A stretch of DNA of 64,000 nt. Source: Acidimicrobiia bacterium. GTDB lineage: Bacteria > Actinomycetota > Acidimicrobiia > Spongiisociales > Spongiisociaceae. Position numbers and translations under genes: made by a program. How positions within the stretch are numbered: the stretch's first letter is position 1; each line of letters opens with the position of its first letter. Shown in pieces: positions 1-9,265 of the stretch. The DNA lies in NCBI GenBank assembly GCA_965200835.1, contig OZ241390.1, forward strand, positions 2,327,616 through 2,391,615. Reading direction: 5' to 3'. The notes under the pieces were generated by a model, which saw nothing but the letters and a program-made list of their open reading frames with translations, was not told where the DNA came from and did no database searches.

Positions 1-124
1 CCTACCGTGGGAGCAGGGCCATACCGGGTACCCTGGCCGCAGTGGTCCGTTTGCCGAACCTCATTTCCCACCTGGCTCCCCGCTGGTTGTTGTCCCCGAG
101 CTCGGTACTCGCCCGCCGGCGATC

Positions 125-868
125 ATGACTCTGCGGCGCGATCAGGGAATCGTACTCAGGGGGTACCCGTTCGGTGAGGCGGATCGGATCATCGTGCTGG
201 TCAGTCCCAACCATGGCAAGTTCCGAGCCGTGGCCAGGGGCATCCGCCGCACCAAGAGCCGGGTCGGCGGCCGCCTCGAACCCTTGACCCACGTAGACCT
301 GGTGCTGTATCAAGGCCGGAATCTCGCCACCATCACCCAGTGTTCGGTGATCGAACCCTTCCCACGGCTGCGCTGCGATCTGGACGCGGTGCTGGTGGCC
401 GGAGCCATGGCGGAAGCGGTCGGGAAGGTGACGGTGGAGGGTGAGCCTTCTCACCGGGTGTTCCTGCTTCTGCAACGGGGACTCCAGGCTCTCGAACAGG
501 GGGCGGGCGGCTTGGACCTGGTGGCGTCCTTCCTCTTGAAGCTGATGGACGCCGCCGGGCAGGCCCCGGCCCTGCGGCATTGTGCCGGCTGCGGCCGGAG
601 CGACACCCTCGACCGGTTCAGCCTGGTGGGTGGGGGACTGGTGTGCGGTGGATGCCGGGTCGGGGGGGCGTTCCACCTGAAGGATGATCTGCGGGACCAT
701 CTGGTCCGCCTGTCCACCTCCGAGCTTTCGTCCTTCCGTCGGCCGGACGGGAGGCTGGCCCCCGATGCGGTCGGTCTGGTCCGGAGGTTCGTAGAGTTCC
801 ACCTGGACACCCCGCTGGCCGGTCTTGCCTACAGCACTATCAACGGGGGTGGTTACCGTGACGGATGA
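125..868 (+). CDS. recO: DNA repair protein RecO
   Basis: N-terminal OB motif GIVLRGYPFGEADRI, ARGIRRTKSR, Zn finger CAGC...CGGC; recO-uppS order typical of actinobacteria. Confidence 0.95.
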   Translation: MTLRRDQGIVLRGYPFGEADRIIVLVSPNHGKFRAVARGIRRTKSRVGGRLEPLTHVDLVLYQGRNLATITQCSVIEPFPRLRCDLDAVLVAGAMAEAVGKVTVEGEPSHRVFLLLQRGLQALEQGAGGLDLVASFLLKLMDAAGQAPALRHCAGCGRSDTLDRFSLVGGGLVCGGCRVGGAFHLKDDLRDHLVRLSTSELSSFRRPDGRLAPDAVGLVRRFVEFHLDTPLAGLAYSTINGGGYRDG

Positions 869-1619
869 GACCATGGCGGCCCGCCTGGATCTGAGCGGGC
901 TGGACCCGGAACGCATCCCGACCCACCTGGGTCTGATCATGGACGGCAACGGCCGTTGGGCGACTGCCCGCGATCTTCCCAGGACCGCCGGTCACGCGGC
1001 CGGAGAGGCTGTCCTGTTCGAGTGTGTGGAGGGCGCCGTCGAGGTGGGGATCGAGTGGCTGTCGGCCTTCACTTTCTCCACCGAGAACTGGACCCGGCCT
1101 CCGGAGGAAGTGGCGTTCCTCATGTGGTTCAACGAGGACGTCCTGCTGCGCCGGCTGGACTCCCTGGACCAGATGGGGGTGCGACTCCACTTCGCCGGTG
1201 ACCTGGCCGATCCACGTATTCCCGAGCGGAACCGCCGGCACATGCGCCGGGCGGTTGCTCGAACCCGTGACAACCAGCGGCTCGATCTGGTCCTGGCGTT
1301 CAACTACGGAGGGCGCAACGAGATCCTCCGGGCGATACGACGCCTGGCAACCGAGGTGGCGGCTGGTCACCGCGACCCAGACTCGCTCACCGAGAGCGAC
1401 CTGATCGCCGGTTTCTACGTACCGGAGCTGCCCGATCCCGATGTGATCGTGCGGACCTCCGGAGAGATGAGGATCTCCAACTTTCTGCTGTGGGGAAGCG
1501 CCTACGCCGAGTTGGTGTTCACCGATACCCTCTGGCCCGACTTCGGGGCCCAGCCGCTGGTCGATGCCGTGGCGGTCTACCAGCAGCGCCGGCGGAGGTT
1601 CGGCGGGACCCGTACCTGA
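858..1619 (+). CDS. uppS: Isoprenyl transferase (undecaprenyl/decaprenyl diphosphate synthase)
   Basis: IMDGNGRWA, FSTENWTRP, RTSGEMRISNFLLW, RRFGG motifs; GTG at 858 chosen as start (ATG 873 is an alternative). Confidence 0.95.
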   Translation: MTDETMAARLDLSGLDPERIPTHLGLIMDGNGRWATARDLPRTAGHAAGEAVLFECVEGAVEVGIEWLSAFTFSTENWTRPPEEVAFLMWFNEDVLLRRLDSLDQMGVRLHFAGDLADPRIPERNRRHMRRAVARTRDNQRLDLVLAFNYGGRNEILRAIRRLATEVAAGHRDPDSLTESDLIAGFYVPELPDPDVIVRTSGEMRISNFLLWGSAYAELVFTDTLWPDFGAQPLVDAVAVYQQRRRRFGGTRT

Positions 1620-1691
1620 CCTTCATCGGTATCCGGCGGATGATCGGGCCGGGGCTACCATCGGGCGGCCGTAACTGACAGGACCTGCCCG

Positions 1692-3008
1692 ATGAGTCAA
1701 CCCAGCTTCGACACGATCGTGAACCTGGCCAAGAAGCGGGGCTTCGTCTTTCAAGCATCCGAGATCTACGGCGGACTCCGCTCAGCCTACGACTACGGAC
1801 CGTTGGGGGTGGCGCTGCTCCGTAACGTGAAGGAGCAGTGGTGGCGGTCGATGGTCCGGTCACGCGATGATGTGGTAGGCCTCGACTCGGCTATCATCCA
1901 GTCGCCCAAGGTGTGGGAGGCCTCGGGGCATGTCTCCGAGTTCCACGACCCGCTGGTCGAGTGCACGTCTTGCCACTCCCGGCACCGGATTGACAAGCTC
2001 GAGCACCAAGACCGATGCCCGAGGTGCGGAGTGCGGGGTTCGTTCGGCGAAGCGCGTGACTTCAATCTCATGTTTCGCACCCAGATGGGTCCGGTAGCCG
2101 GGGCGGGAAACCTGGTCTACCTGCGACCCGAGACCGCTCAGGGCATCTTCACCAACTTCGAGAACGTGCGCCGGACAATGCGCCGCAAGTTGCCCTTCGG
2201 GATAGCCCAGATCGGCAAGTCGTTCCGGAACGAGATCACCCCCGGCCAGTTCGTCTTCCGGACCCGGGAGTTCGAGCAGATGGAGATGGAGTACTTCACC
2301 CATCCCGACGATGCCTGCCAGTGGTTCGACTACTGGGTGGCGGAGCGCAGGTCGTGGTATCTCGACCTGGGCATCGGATCGGACAACCTGCGGATCCGGG
2401 ACCACGGGGCGGACGAGCTGGCTCACTATGCGGCGGGCACCTACGACGTCGAATACCGGTTCCCCTGGGGGTGGGACGAGCTGGAGGGTATCGCCAACCG
2501 CACCGACTTCGACCTGCGCAAGCACGCGGAGCACTCGGGCAAGGATCTGCGTTACTTCGACCAGGTGAGGGGGGAGCGGTTCTTCCCACACGTGATCGAG
2601 CCCGCCGCCGGGGCTACCCGCACCGCCTTTGCCTTTCTCATCGACGCCTACCACGAGGACATCGTCAGGGGTGCCCCCCGGACGGTCTTGCGCCTGGATG
2701 CCCGCCTGGCTCCCATCACGGTGGCCGTTCTGCCGCTGTCTCGCAAACCCGACCTGGTGGAGGTGACCCACCGGGTAGCTTCCCTGCTCCGCCCGCGCTG
2801 GGATATCGAGGTCGATGTGACTCAGGCGATCGGCCGTCGCTACCGGCGCCAGGACGAGATCGGAACCCCCTACTGCGTGACGATCGACTTCCAGACGCTC
2901 GAGGACGGTGCGGTCACGGTCCGGGACCGGGACACGATGGCTCAGGACCGGATCGGGATCGACTCGCTGGTCGACTACCTGGTGGGGTGCCTGGGGAAAC
3001 GTGGGTGA
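1692..3008 (+). CDS. glyQS: Glycine--tRNA ligase (alpha2 type)
   Basis: [45 protein letters not shown]. Confidence 0.97.
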   Translation: MSQPSFDTIVNLAKKRGFVFQASEIYGGLRSAYDYGPLGVALLRNVKEQWWRSMVRSRDDVVGLDSAIIQSPKVWEASGHVSEFHDPLVECTSCHSRHRIDKLEHQDRCPRCGVRGSFGEARDFNLMFRTQMGPVAGAGNLVYLRPETAQGIFTNFENVRRTMRRKLPFGIAQIGKSFRNEITPGQFVFRTREFEQMEMEYFTHPDDACQWFDYWVAERRSWYLDLGIGSDNLRIRDHGADELAHYAAGTYDVEYRFPWGWDELEGIANRTDFDLRKHAEHSGKDLRYFDQVRGERFFPHVIEPAAGATRTAFAFLIDAYHEDIVRGAPRTVLRLDARLAPITVAVLPLSRKPDLVEVTHRVASLLRPRWDIEVDVTQAIGRRYRRQDEIGTPYCVTIDFQTLEDGAVTVRDRDTMAQDRIGIDSLVDYLVGCLGKRG

Positions 3009-3021
3009 CAGGAGGTAAGGG

Positions 3022-3789
3022 ATGAGGAAGCTGCGGCGGATGATAGGACTGGTTGTGGTGCTGGTGGTAGGTGGGATCGCCTATGTGTGGTTCTCCGGCG
3101 GGAGCGGCCAACCGAGCACCGAGGTGACAGCTCCGCCCATCACCGAGGCGCCGGAGGACAACTCCGAGGAGATGGTGGTCGAGGACCCCGATCCGGACGA
3201 GCCGACCACCACCACGACGGTGGCGGGCGGAGAGGCCGACGAGGCTGCTGAGGTGATCGTCTTCGAGATCGACCGGTCCGAGTCGTCCGTGCGTTTCGAG
3301 ATCGATGAGGTGCTCAACGGCAATCCCAAGCGAGTGGTCGGGACCACCAGCGAGGTAGCGGGGGAGGTCCTGGTCGACTTTCGCGATCCCAGCCGGTCCA
3401 TCCTGGGCACGGTGGTGATCAACGTGCGCACCCTCGAAACCGATTCGAGTTTCCGGGACCGGGCTATTCGTGGTCCCATCCTCGGCTCCGCGCAGGATGA
3501 GATCGAGTTCGCCAGCTTCGAGCCCCAGGCCGTCGAAGGCTTGCCCGAGCAGGTCGGCATTGGGGACACCATGACGCTGGTAGTCACCGGGGACCTTTCC
3601 TTGAGTGGGGTGACCCGCTCGGTGGTGTTCGATGTCCAGGTCAGCGTCGTCTCCAAGGACCGGCTGGAGGTGACCGGCTCGGCCACGGTGCATCACTCCG
3701 ACTTCGGTCTCCTGATACCGGACGTGCCGAGCGTGAGCGATGTGGCCGAGGAAGTGACGCTGGTGATCGACCTGGTGGCCACCGTCTAG
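3022..3789 (+). CDS. YceI-family protein with N-terminal membrane anchor and acidic/Thr linker
   Basis: FEIDRSESSVRF, RDRAIR, GDLSLSGVTR, SDFGL resemble the YceI beta-barrel. Confidence 0.85.
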   Translation: MRKLRRMIGLVVVLVVGGIAYVWFSGGSGQPSTEVTAPPITEAPEDNSEEMVVEDPDPDEPTTTTTVAGGEADEAAEVIVFEIDRSESSVRFEIDEVLNGNPKRVVGTTSEVAGEVLVDFRDPSRSILGTVVINVRTLETDSSFRDRAIRGPILGSAQDEIEFASFEPQAVEGLPEQVGIGDTMTLVVTGDLSLSGVTRSVVFDVQVSVVSKDRLEVTGSATVHHSDFGLLIPDVPSVSDVAEEVTLVIDLVATV

Positions 3790-3949
3790 GGCCCGGACTG
3801 CCTCCTGGCCCTGAAGCAGCCGCCCGGAGACCGCGAAAAACGGCGCCCGACCGGCCGTCCCGTAGGGCCCTCCCCCAACCGCCACCTCCAAGGTTCGGAA
3901 CGCGTCCGGTCCTCCCCGCAAGGGCCGTCCCGAAAGTATGATCCCTGCC

Positions 3950-3977
3950 CCGAGCCGGTCGGCCGGAACCGGCTCGG
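3950..3977 (+). terminator. 10-bp GC stem-loop downstream of yceI
   Basis: CCGAGCCGGT (3950-3959) pairs with ACCGGCTCGG (3968-3977); no U-tract. Confidence 0.5.
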
Positions 3978-4129
3978 TGGTGCATACGGCTACCTAACAG
4001 TATGCAAGGGTGCTGTGACACTTATCGTGCCAATCGACATCATGCCCGCTCCAGCGGAGGTCTTCTCGTCCACTCGAGCTAGGCCACGGCCCTATGTGGC
4101 CCGGCGGCGGGGCGTAGACTCGGGTTGGT

Positions 4130-5875
4130 ATGGCTGATCGAGATGACCTGGAGCGGATCCGCCAAGCTGTGAATCTGGTCGACCTGTTCGACGGAGTGAC
4201 CACGGTCCGCAAGGTGAGGGGCAGCGTCAAGGCCTTGTGCCCGTTCCATGCCGAGAAGACGCCTTCGCTGTCGATCGATCCGGCTCGGGGCCTGTACCAC
4301 TGCTTCGGATGCGGAGTGGGTGGGGACATATTCACCTTCGTGCAGGAAACCCAGGGGGTGGGGTTCGGCGAAGCGGTCGAGGTGTTGGCGGACCGGGCCG
4401 GGATCGTCGTACGGAAGGATCCCGGAGCGATCCGCAAGCGGGAGCGCCGCGGGCGCCTTCTGGAAGTGGTCGAGGCGGCCGGACGTTTCTATCACTCCCG
4501 GCTCAAGGAAGGATCTGATGCGGGCCATGCCCGGGCCTACGTGCGAGGTCGCGACTACGACTTGACCATCGTCGATCAGTTCCGGCTCGGATACGCCCCG
4601 GAGTCATTCGACACGCTCACCGGTCATCTACGGGACCTCGGATTCATGGAGCGGGAGATCGAGGACGCCGGAATGGGCCGTCGGAGCCGGCGTGGGCGCC
4701 TGTTCGATCAGATGCGTGGCCGCCTGATGTTCCCCATCCAAAACGTCCGGGGTGAGATGGTGGGCTTCGGGGGGCGGCTATTGCGGGGCGATGGTCCCAA
4801 GTACCTCAACACCGCCGAGACTTCCCTCTACAAGAAGAGCCGGCTGCTGTACGGACTCGACCTGGCCCGCTCCGCCATCAGCCGCGAGCAGCGCGCGGTG
4901 GTGGTGGAGGGCTACACCGACGTCATAGCGTTCCACTTGGCCGAAATGCCTGTGGCGGTAGCCACCTGCGGCACTGCGCTGGGGGAGGGGCATTTCGATC
5001 TGCTCCGCCGGTTCGCTCCTCGAGTGGTGCTGGCCTTCGACGCCGATGCTGCCGGTGCTGGGGCCGCCATCCGGGGCGACGAGCTCAAGATCACCTCCGA
5101 TCTGGACCTGGAACTGCGGGTTGCGGGAGTACCGGATGGGCGTGATCCGGCCGACCTGGTCCAGGAAGGGCGGGCCGACCTGCTCAAAGAAGCGGTGGAG
5201 CGATCCATCCCGATCACGGAGTTCCGGATCGACCGGATCCTGGCCCGCCATGATCTGGGGGAGAGGGAAGCACGCACCAGAGCCATGCGGGAGGCCACCG
5301 CCCTGATCGCCCGGCATCCGGACAACGCCACCCGTTTCCAGTATGCCTCCTATGTGGCGAGCCGCACGCGGATGAGTGAGCAGCTGGTCCTGAGGGCGGT
5401 CAGCAAGCTGATGGGCCACTCCGAAAGGCCGACCCGTGAGAGGCGAGGGGAAGCCGTTGTCCGAGCTCCGGCCCGAACCCTTCACCGAGCTGAACGGGAG
5501 CTGTTACGTCACCTGATGGCCGGAACCGCGCCGCTGGAACAGGTCGAGCTCGACTTCTTCGAGGACGACCGTGCCCACCAGCTGGCCCGCTGGCTGGTGG
5601 ACTCCGCTGCCCGCCTCGAGCCGGGAACGCCGGTGCAGCTGTCCGGAATCGAGGATCGGTTCCTGGCTGTCCTGGCGCGTGAGCTGGCGATGACGGAATA
5701 CCCGCTGGAGCCGGTGGCCCCCGTGCTGGCCCATCTGGAGGTGCGCCACCTGAGTCGGCGGAAGGCCGAGCTCCGCGCTCGCCTCGACTCGCTGGATCGG
5801 ACCAGGGACTCCGCCGAGTATTCCCAAACGGAGGCCGAGTTGGTAGCTTTGATGCTTCGCCAACCGGTAGGTTAG
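4130..5875 (+). CDS. dnaG: DNA primase
   Basis: CPFHAEKTPS zinc finger, YHCFGCG, KYLNTAET, VVEGYTDV, FDADAAG Toprim motifs. Confidence 0.97.
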   Translation: MADRDDLERIRQAVNLVDLFDGVTTVRKVRGSVKALCPFHAEKTPSLSIDPARGLYHCFGCGVGGDIFTFVQETQGVGFGEAVEVLADRAGIVVRKDPGAIRKRERRGRLLEVVEAAGRFYHSRLKEGSDAGHARAYVRGRDYDLTIVDQFRLGYAPESFDTLTGHLRDLGFMEREIEDAGMGRRSRRGRLFDQMRGRLMFPIQNVRGEMVGFGGRLLRGDGPKYLNTAETSLYKKSRLLYGLDLARSAISREQRAVVVEGYTDVIAFHLAEMPVAVATCGTALGEGHFDLLRRFAPRVVLAFDADAAGAGAAIRGDELKITSDLDLELRVAGVPDGRDPADLVQEGRADLLKEAVERSIPITEFRIDRILARHDLGEREARTRAMREATALIARHPDNATRFQYASYVASRTRMSEQLVLRAVSKLMGHSERPTRERRGEAVVRAPARTLHRAERELLRHLMAGTAPLEQVELDFFEDDRAHQLARWLVDSAARLEPGTPVQLSGIEDRFLAVLARELAMTEYPLEPVAPVLAHLEVRHLSRRKAELRARLDSLDRTRDSAEYSQTEAELVALMLRQPVG

Positions 5876-5889
5876 GAGTAGGAGTAACA

Positions 5890-7035
5890 GTGGATCCCCG
5901 GGTCGATCTGGCAATCGATGAGCTGCTGACGAGGGGACGGCGCCGAGGCTTCGTGACCATGGCCGAGTTCCAGCAGGAGCTGGTAGAGGCCGATGCCCCG
6001 GGTGCGGCCTTCGACCATGCCATCGAGGTCGCCCGGAGTAGAGGACTGACCATCCGAGAGGATGGCATCGACGACCTTCACGCTCCGATCGGTGACGGAT
6101 CCATGCCCGGCCTGTCGGATCCGGTCACCATGTATCTGTGCCAGATCGGCAGGGTGGCCCTGCTCACTTCTCAACAGGAAGTGGAGCTGGCGATGGCAGT
6201 CGAGGCCGGATTGCGGGCCGGCGCCCGCCTGTCGGCACAGGGCGGCGGGTTGCCGGAACTGTCCGAGAAGGAGACCTTCCGCCTCACTCGGGCGGTAGGG
6301 GAAGGTGAGCGGGCCGGGAAGCGGCTGGTCGAGGCCAACCTGCGACTGGTGGTGTCGATCGCCAAGCGCTACGTGGGCAACGGGATGCCCCTGCTGGACC
6401 TCATCCAGGAGGGCAACCTGGGGTTGATGAAGTCCGTAGAGAAGTTCGACTATCGCAAGGGATACCGGTTCTCCACCTATGCCACCTGGTGGATCCGCCA
6501 GTCGGTGAGCCGGGCGCTGGCGGATCAGTCACGGACCATCCGGGTACCGGCTCACCTGGGCGAGACCATCTACCAGCTATCTGCCGCCCAGCTGCGCCTG
6601 TTCCAGCAACTCGGTAGGGAGCCGACCATCGAAGAGGTCGCCGGTGAGATCGATCTCACCCGCAGCCGTGCTCTGGAGATCTCTCGGATCTCCCAGGGGA
6701 TCCTCTCGCTGGAAGCACCGGTCAGCGAGGGTGGCGATCAGACGCTGGGGGACTTCGTCCCAGATCGAGGAGCGGAAGTAGCGGTGGAGCAGGCCGCCTT
6801 CCAGCTTCTCCAGGAGTACGTTGCCCTGGCTCTCGAAGGGCTCACCGAGCGGGAGCGCCAGATCATCCTGATGCGGTTCGGCCTCAAGGATGGCCGGGTA
6901 TGTACGCTGAGCGAGTTGGGCGATCACTTCGGGGTCACGCGCGAACGGATCCGGCAGCTGGAGGTCCGAGCTCTCCACAAGCTCCGGGGCAACCGCGAGA
7001 GCCGTCGCCTGGAGAGTTTCCTTCGGGATTGGTGA
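5890..7035 (+). CDS. rpoD: RNA polymerase sigma-70 factor, RpoD/SigA type
   Basis: ANLRLVVSIAKRY, DLIQEGNLGL, FSTYATWWIRQ, VTRERIRQLE; region 1.1-like N-terminus; follows dnaG. Confidence 0.9.
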   Translation: MDPRVDLAIDELLTRGRRRGFVTMAEFQQELVEADAPGAAFDHAIEVARSRGLTIREDGIDDLHAPIGDGSMPGLSDPVTMYLCQIGRVALLTSQQEVELAMAVEAGLRAGARLSAQGGGLPELSEKETFRLTRAVGEGERAGKRLVEANLRLVVSIAKRYVGNGMPLLDLIQEGNLGLMKSVEKFDYRKGYRFSTYATWWIRQSVSRALADQSRTIRVPAHLGETIYQLSAAQLRLFQQLGREPTIEEVAGEIDLTRSRALEISRISQGILSLEAPVSEGGDQTLGDFVPDRGAEVAVEQAAFQLLQEYVALALEGLTERERQIILMRFGLKDGRVCTLSELGDHFGVTRERIRQLEVRALHKLRGNRESRRLESFLRDW

Positions 7036-7085
7036 TGATGTCCGGTCCCCGTAGGGGGCTGGTAGCATGCGGTCCGGCTGTGCCA

Positions 7086-7158
7086 TCCGGGGTAGCTCAA
7101 TCGGCAGAGCAGCGGACTGTTAATCCGTTGGTTGTGGGTTCGAGTCCCACCCCCGGAG
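7086..7158 (+). tRNA. tRNA-Asn (GTT)
   Basis: Acceptor TCCGGGG/CCCCGGA, D-arm GCTC..GAGC, anticodon arm GCGGA-CT GTT AA-TCCGT, T-arm GTGGG TTCGAGT CCCAC; CCA not fully encoded. Confidence 0.97.
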
Positions 7159-7336
7159 CCGGCTCCCGATCGATTGCAGGTTTCCGATCCTCGAGGGCTC
7201 CCTCCTCCACTTTCTCAAGGCGGAGGGGATCCTATAGAGGGAGCACCGGGTTGCCGCCTGCGGGAACCAACGGCTCGGCCCGCGTTTAGTAGGCCCGAAG
7301 TGTCGATTCGGCATCCGGTCGGCTAGCTTGGATGCC

Positions 7337-8785
7337 ATGCCACGCAGGACCAAGATCGTGGCCACCATGGGACCGGCCGTTGCCGACGCCGTAGCGGTCC
7401 AGGGATTGGTGGAAGCGGGCATGGACGTCGCCCGGCTCAACTTCAGCCACGGCGGGTGCGCCTTCCATCGGCGCATGATCCAATGGCTCCGCCGAGCTGC
7501 GGAAGCCTCCGGCCGTTCGGTCGCGGTCCTCCAGGACATCCAGGGCCCCAAGACTCGGGTAGGCCGCTTCGAAGGTGGAGAGGTCGAGCTAGAGCGCGGT
7601 CGTACGGTGCGGATGATCGTCTCGGACCGCTTGGGGACGAGGGAGCTGGTGCCGGTGGACTACCCCGGTCTGGTGGAGGATGTCCAGGTAGGCGCACGGG
7701 TCTTGATGTCCGATGGGCTGATCATGGGCCGCGTCACCGAAGTGGCCGGTGACGCGCTCGAGATACTCGTTCATCGCGGCGGATTGTTGAAGGATCGCAA
7801 GGGGGTGGCCTTCCCCGACAGCAACCTTCGGTTGGGTCCGGTGACGGACAAGGACCGCCAGGACCTCGAGGTGGGTAGGCGGCTGGGGGTGGACTACGTG
7901 GCGGCCTCCTTCGTCAAGGAAGGTAGGGACATCGATGAGGTGCGGGATCTGGCCGGCCCGGACGTACCGATCATCGCTAAGGTCGAGCTCGCCCTCGCCT
8001 ACCGCAATCTCGACTCGATCCTCGATGCTGCCGATGGGGTGATGGTTGCGCGAGGGGACCTGGGTGTCCAGCTTCCCTTGGAGACCATCCCGCACGTCCA
8101 GTCCGACATCCTGCACCGTGCCAACCGAGCGGGCCTGATCACGATCACCGCCACCGAGATGCTGGAGTCGATGGTCACCGCTCAGCGTCCGAGCCGGGCA
8201 GAAGTGACCGACGTGGCCAACGCGGTGTCCCACGGAACTGACGCGGTGATGCTGTCCGCGGAGACCGCCATCGGTCGCCACCCAGCGCGAGTGGTGGAAG
8301 CCATGTCGTCCATCTGCCGGGAGACGGAGCGTCAACGCGATTCTCTCATCTCCGACTACCAGGGGATCGAGTTCCTGGAGAGCTCGATGACGTTCGCCTC
8401 CGCAACCGCCAAGGCGGCCACCGAAGCGGCCCGGAATCTGGGTTTCCGCACGATCGTGGCCTTCACCGAGTCCGGCGGCACAGCCCGGCTCCTATCGAAG
8501 TACCGGCCCTCCGCCGACATCATGGTCTTCGCGCCTAGTGCCCGTATCCGGCGCCGGATGGCCCTCTACTGGGGAGTCCAGCCCATTGCCTTCGAACGGA
8601 GGCAATCGACCGAGATCATGTTCGGAGCCGCCGAGAAACACCTAGAGAAGACCCGGATTTGCGAGCGGGGTGAGGGAGTGGTGATGGTGGCGGGGGTGCC
8701 ACCCAACAGCGGGGCACGCACCAATCTCATGAAGCTACACGTCATCGGCGAACGCCTCCGCTCCGGGTACCGTCACCGGGCATGA
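7337..8785 (+). CDS. pyk: Pyruvate kinase
   Basis: RRTKIVATMGP, RLNFSHG, MVARGDLGV, ATEMLESM, DAVMLSAETA. Confidence 0.97.
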   Translation: MPRRTKIVATMGPAVADAVAVQGLVEAGMDVARLNFSHGGCAFHRRMIQWLRRAAEASGRSVAVLQDIQGPKTRVGRFEGGEVELERGRTVRMIVSDRLGTRELVPVDYPGLVEDVQVGARVLMSDGLIMGRVTEVAGDALEILVHRGGLLKDRKGVAFPDSNLRLGPVTDKDRQDLEVGRRLGVDYVAASFVKEGRDIDEVRDLAGPDVPIIAKVELALAYRNLDSILDAADGVMVARGDLGVQLPLETIPHVQSDILHRANRAGLITITATEMLESMVTAQRPSRAEVTDVANAVSHGTDAVMLSAETAIGRHPARVVEAMSSICRETERQRDSLISDYQGIEFLESSMTFASATAKAATEAARNLGFRTIVAFTESGGTARLLSKYRPSADIMVFAPSARIRRRMALYWGVQPIAFERRQSTEIMFGAAEKHLEKTRICERGEGVVMVAGVPPNSGARTNLMKLHVIGERLRSGYRHRA

Positions 8786-8955
8786 TGGTTTCAGCGGGAG
8801 TGGTGGTGTGCTCCAGCCAATGGGGGCGCGGGTCGGAGTCCAGAGTGGGCGGGCTCTGAGGATTCACCACGGACCTGGGCTAGAGTTACCGGCTACCGAA
8901 CATTTGTGGATGGTCATTCCTGCGATGGCCGAGCCGCCCTGAAAGGAAGGCTTGC

Positions 8956-9261
8956 ATGGGACAACTGATCGAAGTCGATCACCTGCTGCTCGACGACGTG
9001 GCGGTATTCGACACCGACCGGAGTCTGTCGGGCCAGGAAGGCGAGACCTACACCTTGGATTCGGCTCCCGAGTCGTCGGGCACCTTCCCGGGGCTGGTGG
9101 CCGGCGAGCTGTTCGGCTCCCTACCTTCCGTCGTGTCCGTCTATGTATTCTCGAATACCATCTCGATCAGGAGCTCCGGAGCCTGGACGTCGGAACAGGT
9201 CAGCATCGCTACCGGCATCATTCGCAACTCGCTGGTCCACTACGCCGCCAACCGCAGCTGA
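8956..9261 (+). CDS. Small protein, possible Nfu/NifU N-terminal scaffold-like domain
   Basis: RBS (AAAGGAAGG) upstream; LF....V.SVYVFSNTISI...W pattern resembles Nfu_N. Confidence 0.6.
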   Translation: MGQLIEVDHLLLDDVAVFDTDRSLSGQEGETYTLDSAPESSGTFPGLVAGELFGSLPSVVSVYVFSNTISIRSSGAWTSEQVSIATGIIRNSLVHYAANRS

Positions 9262-9265
9262 TCGA

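Noticed and set aside
2-949. Long antisense and alternative-frame ORFs (e.g. 2..949, 2914..3921, 35021..36055, 52975..54252, 57880..58923)
   Set aside because: Shadow ORFs of GC-rich genes; they overlap well-supported CDSs and have no motifs
7086-7330. tRNA-Asn as an integration site
   Set aside because: Followed by a hairpin region and pyk; no integrase and no duplicated tRNA 3' end noticed in the window
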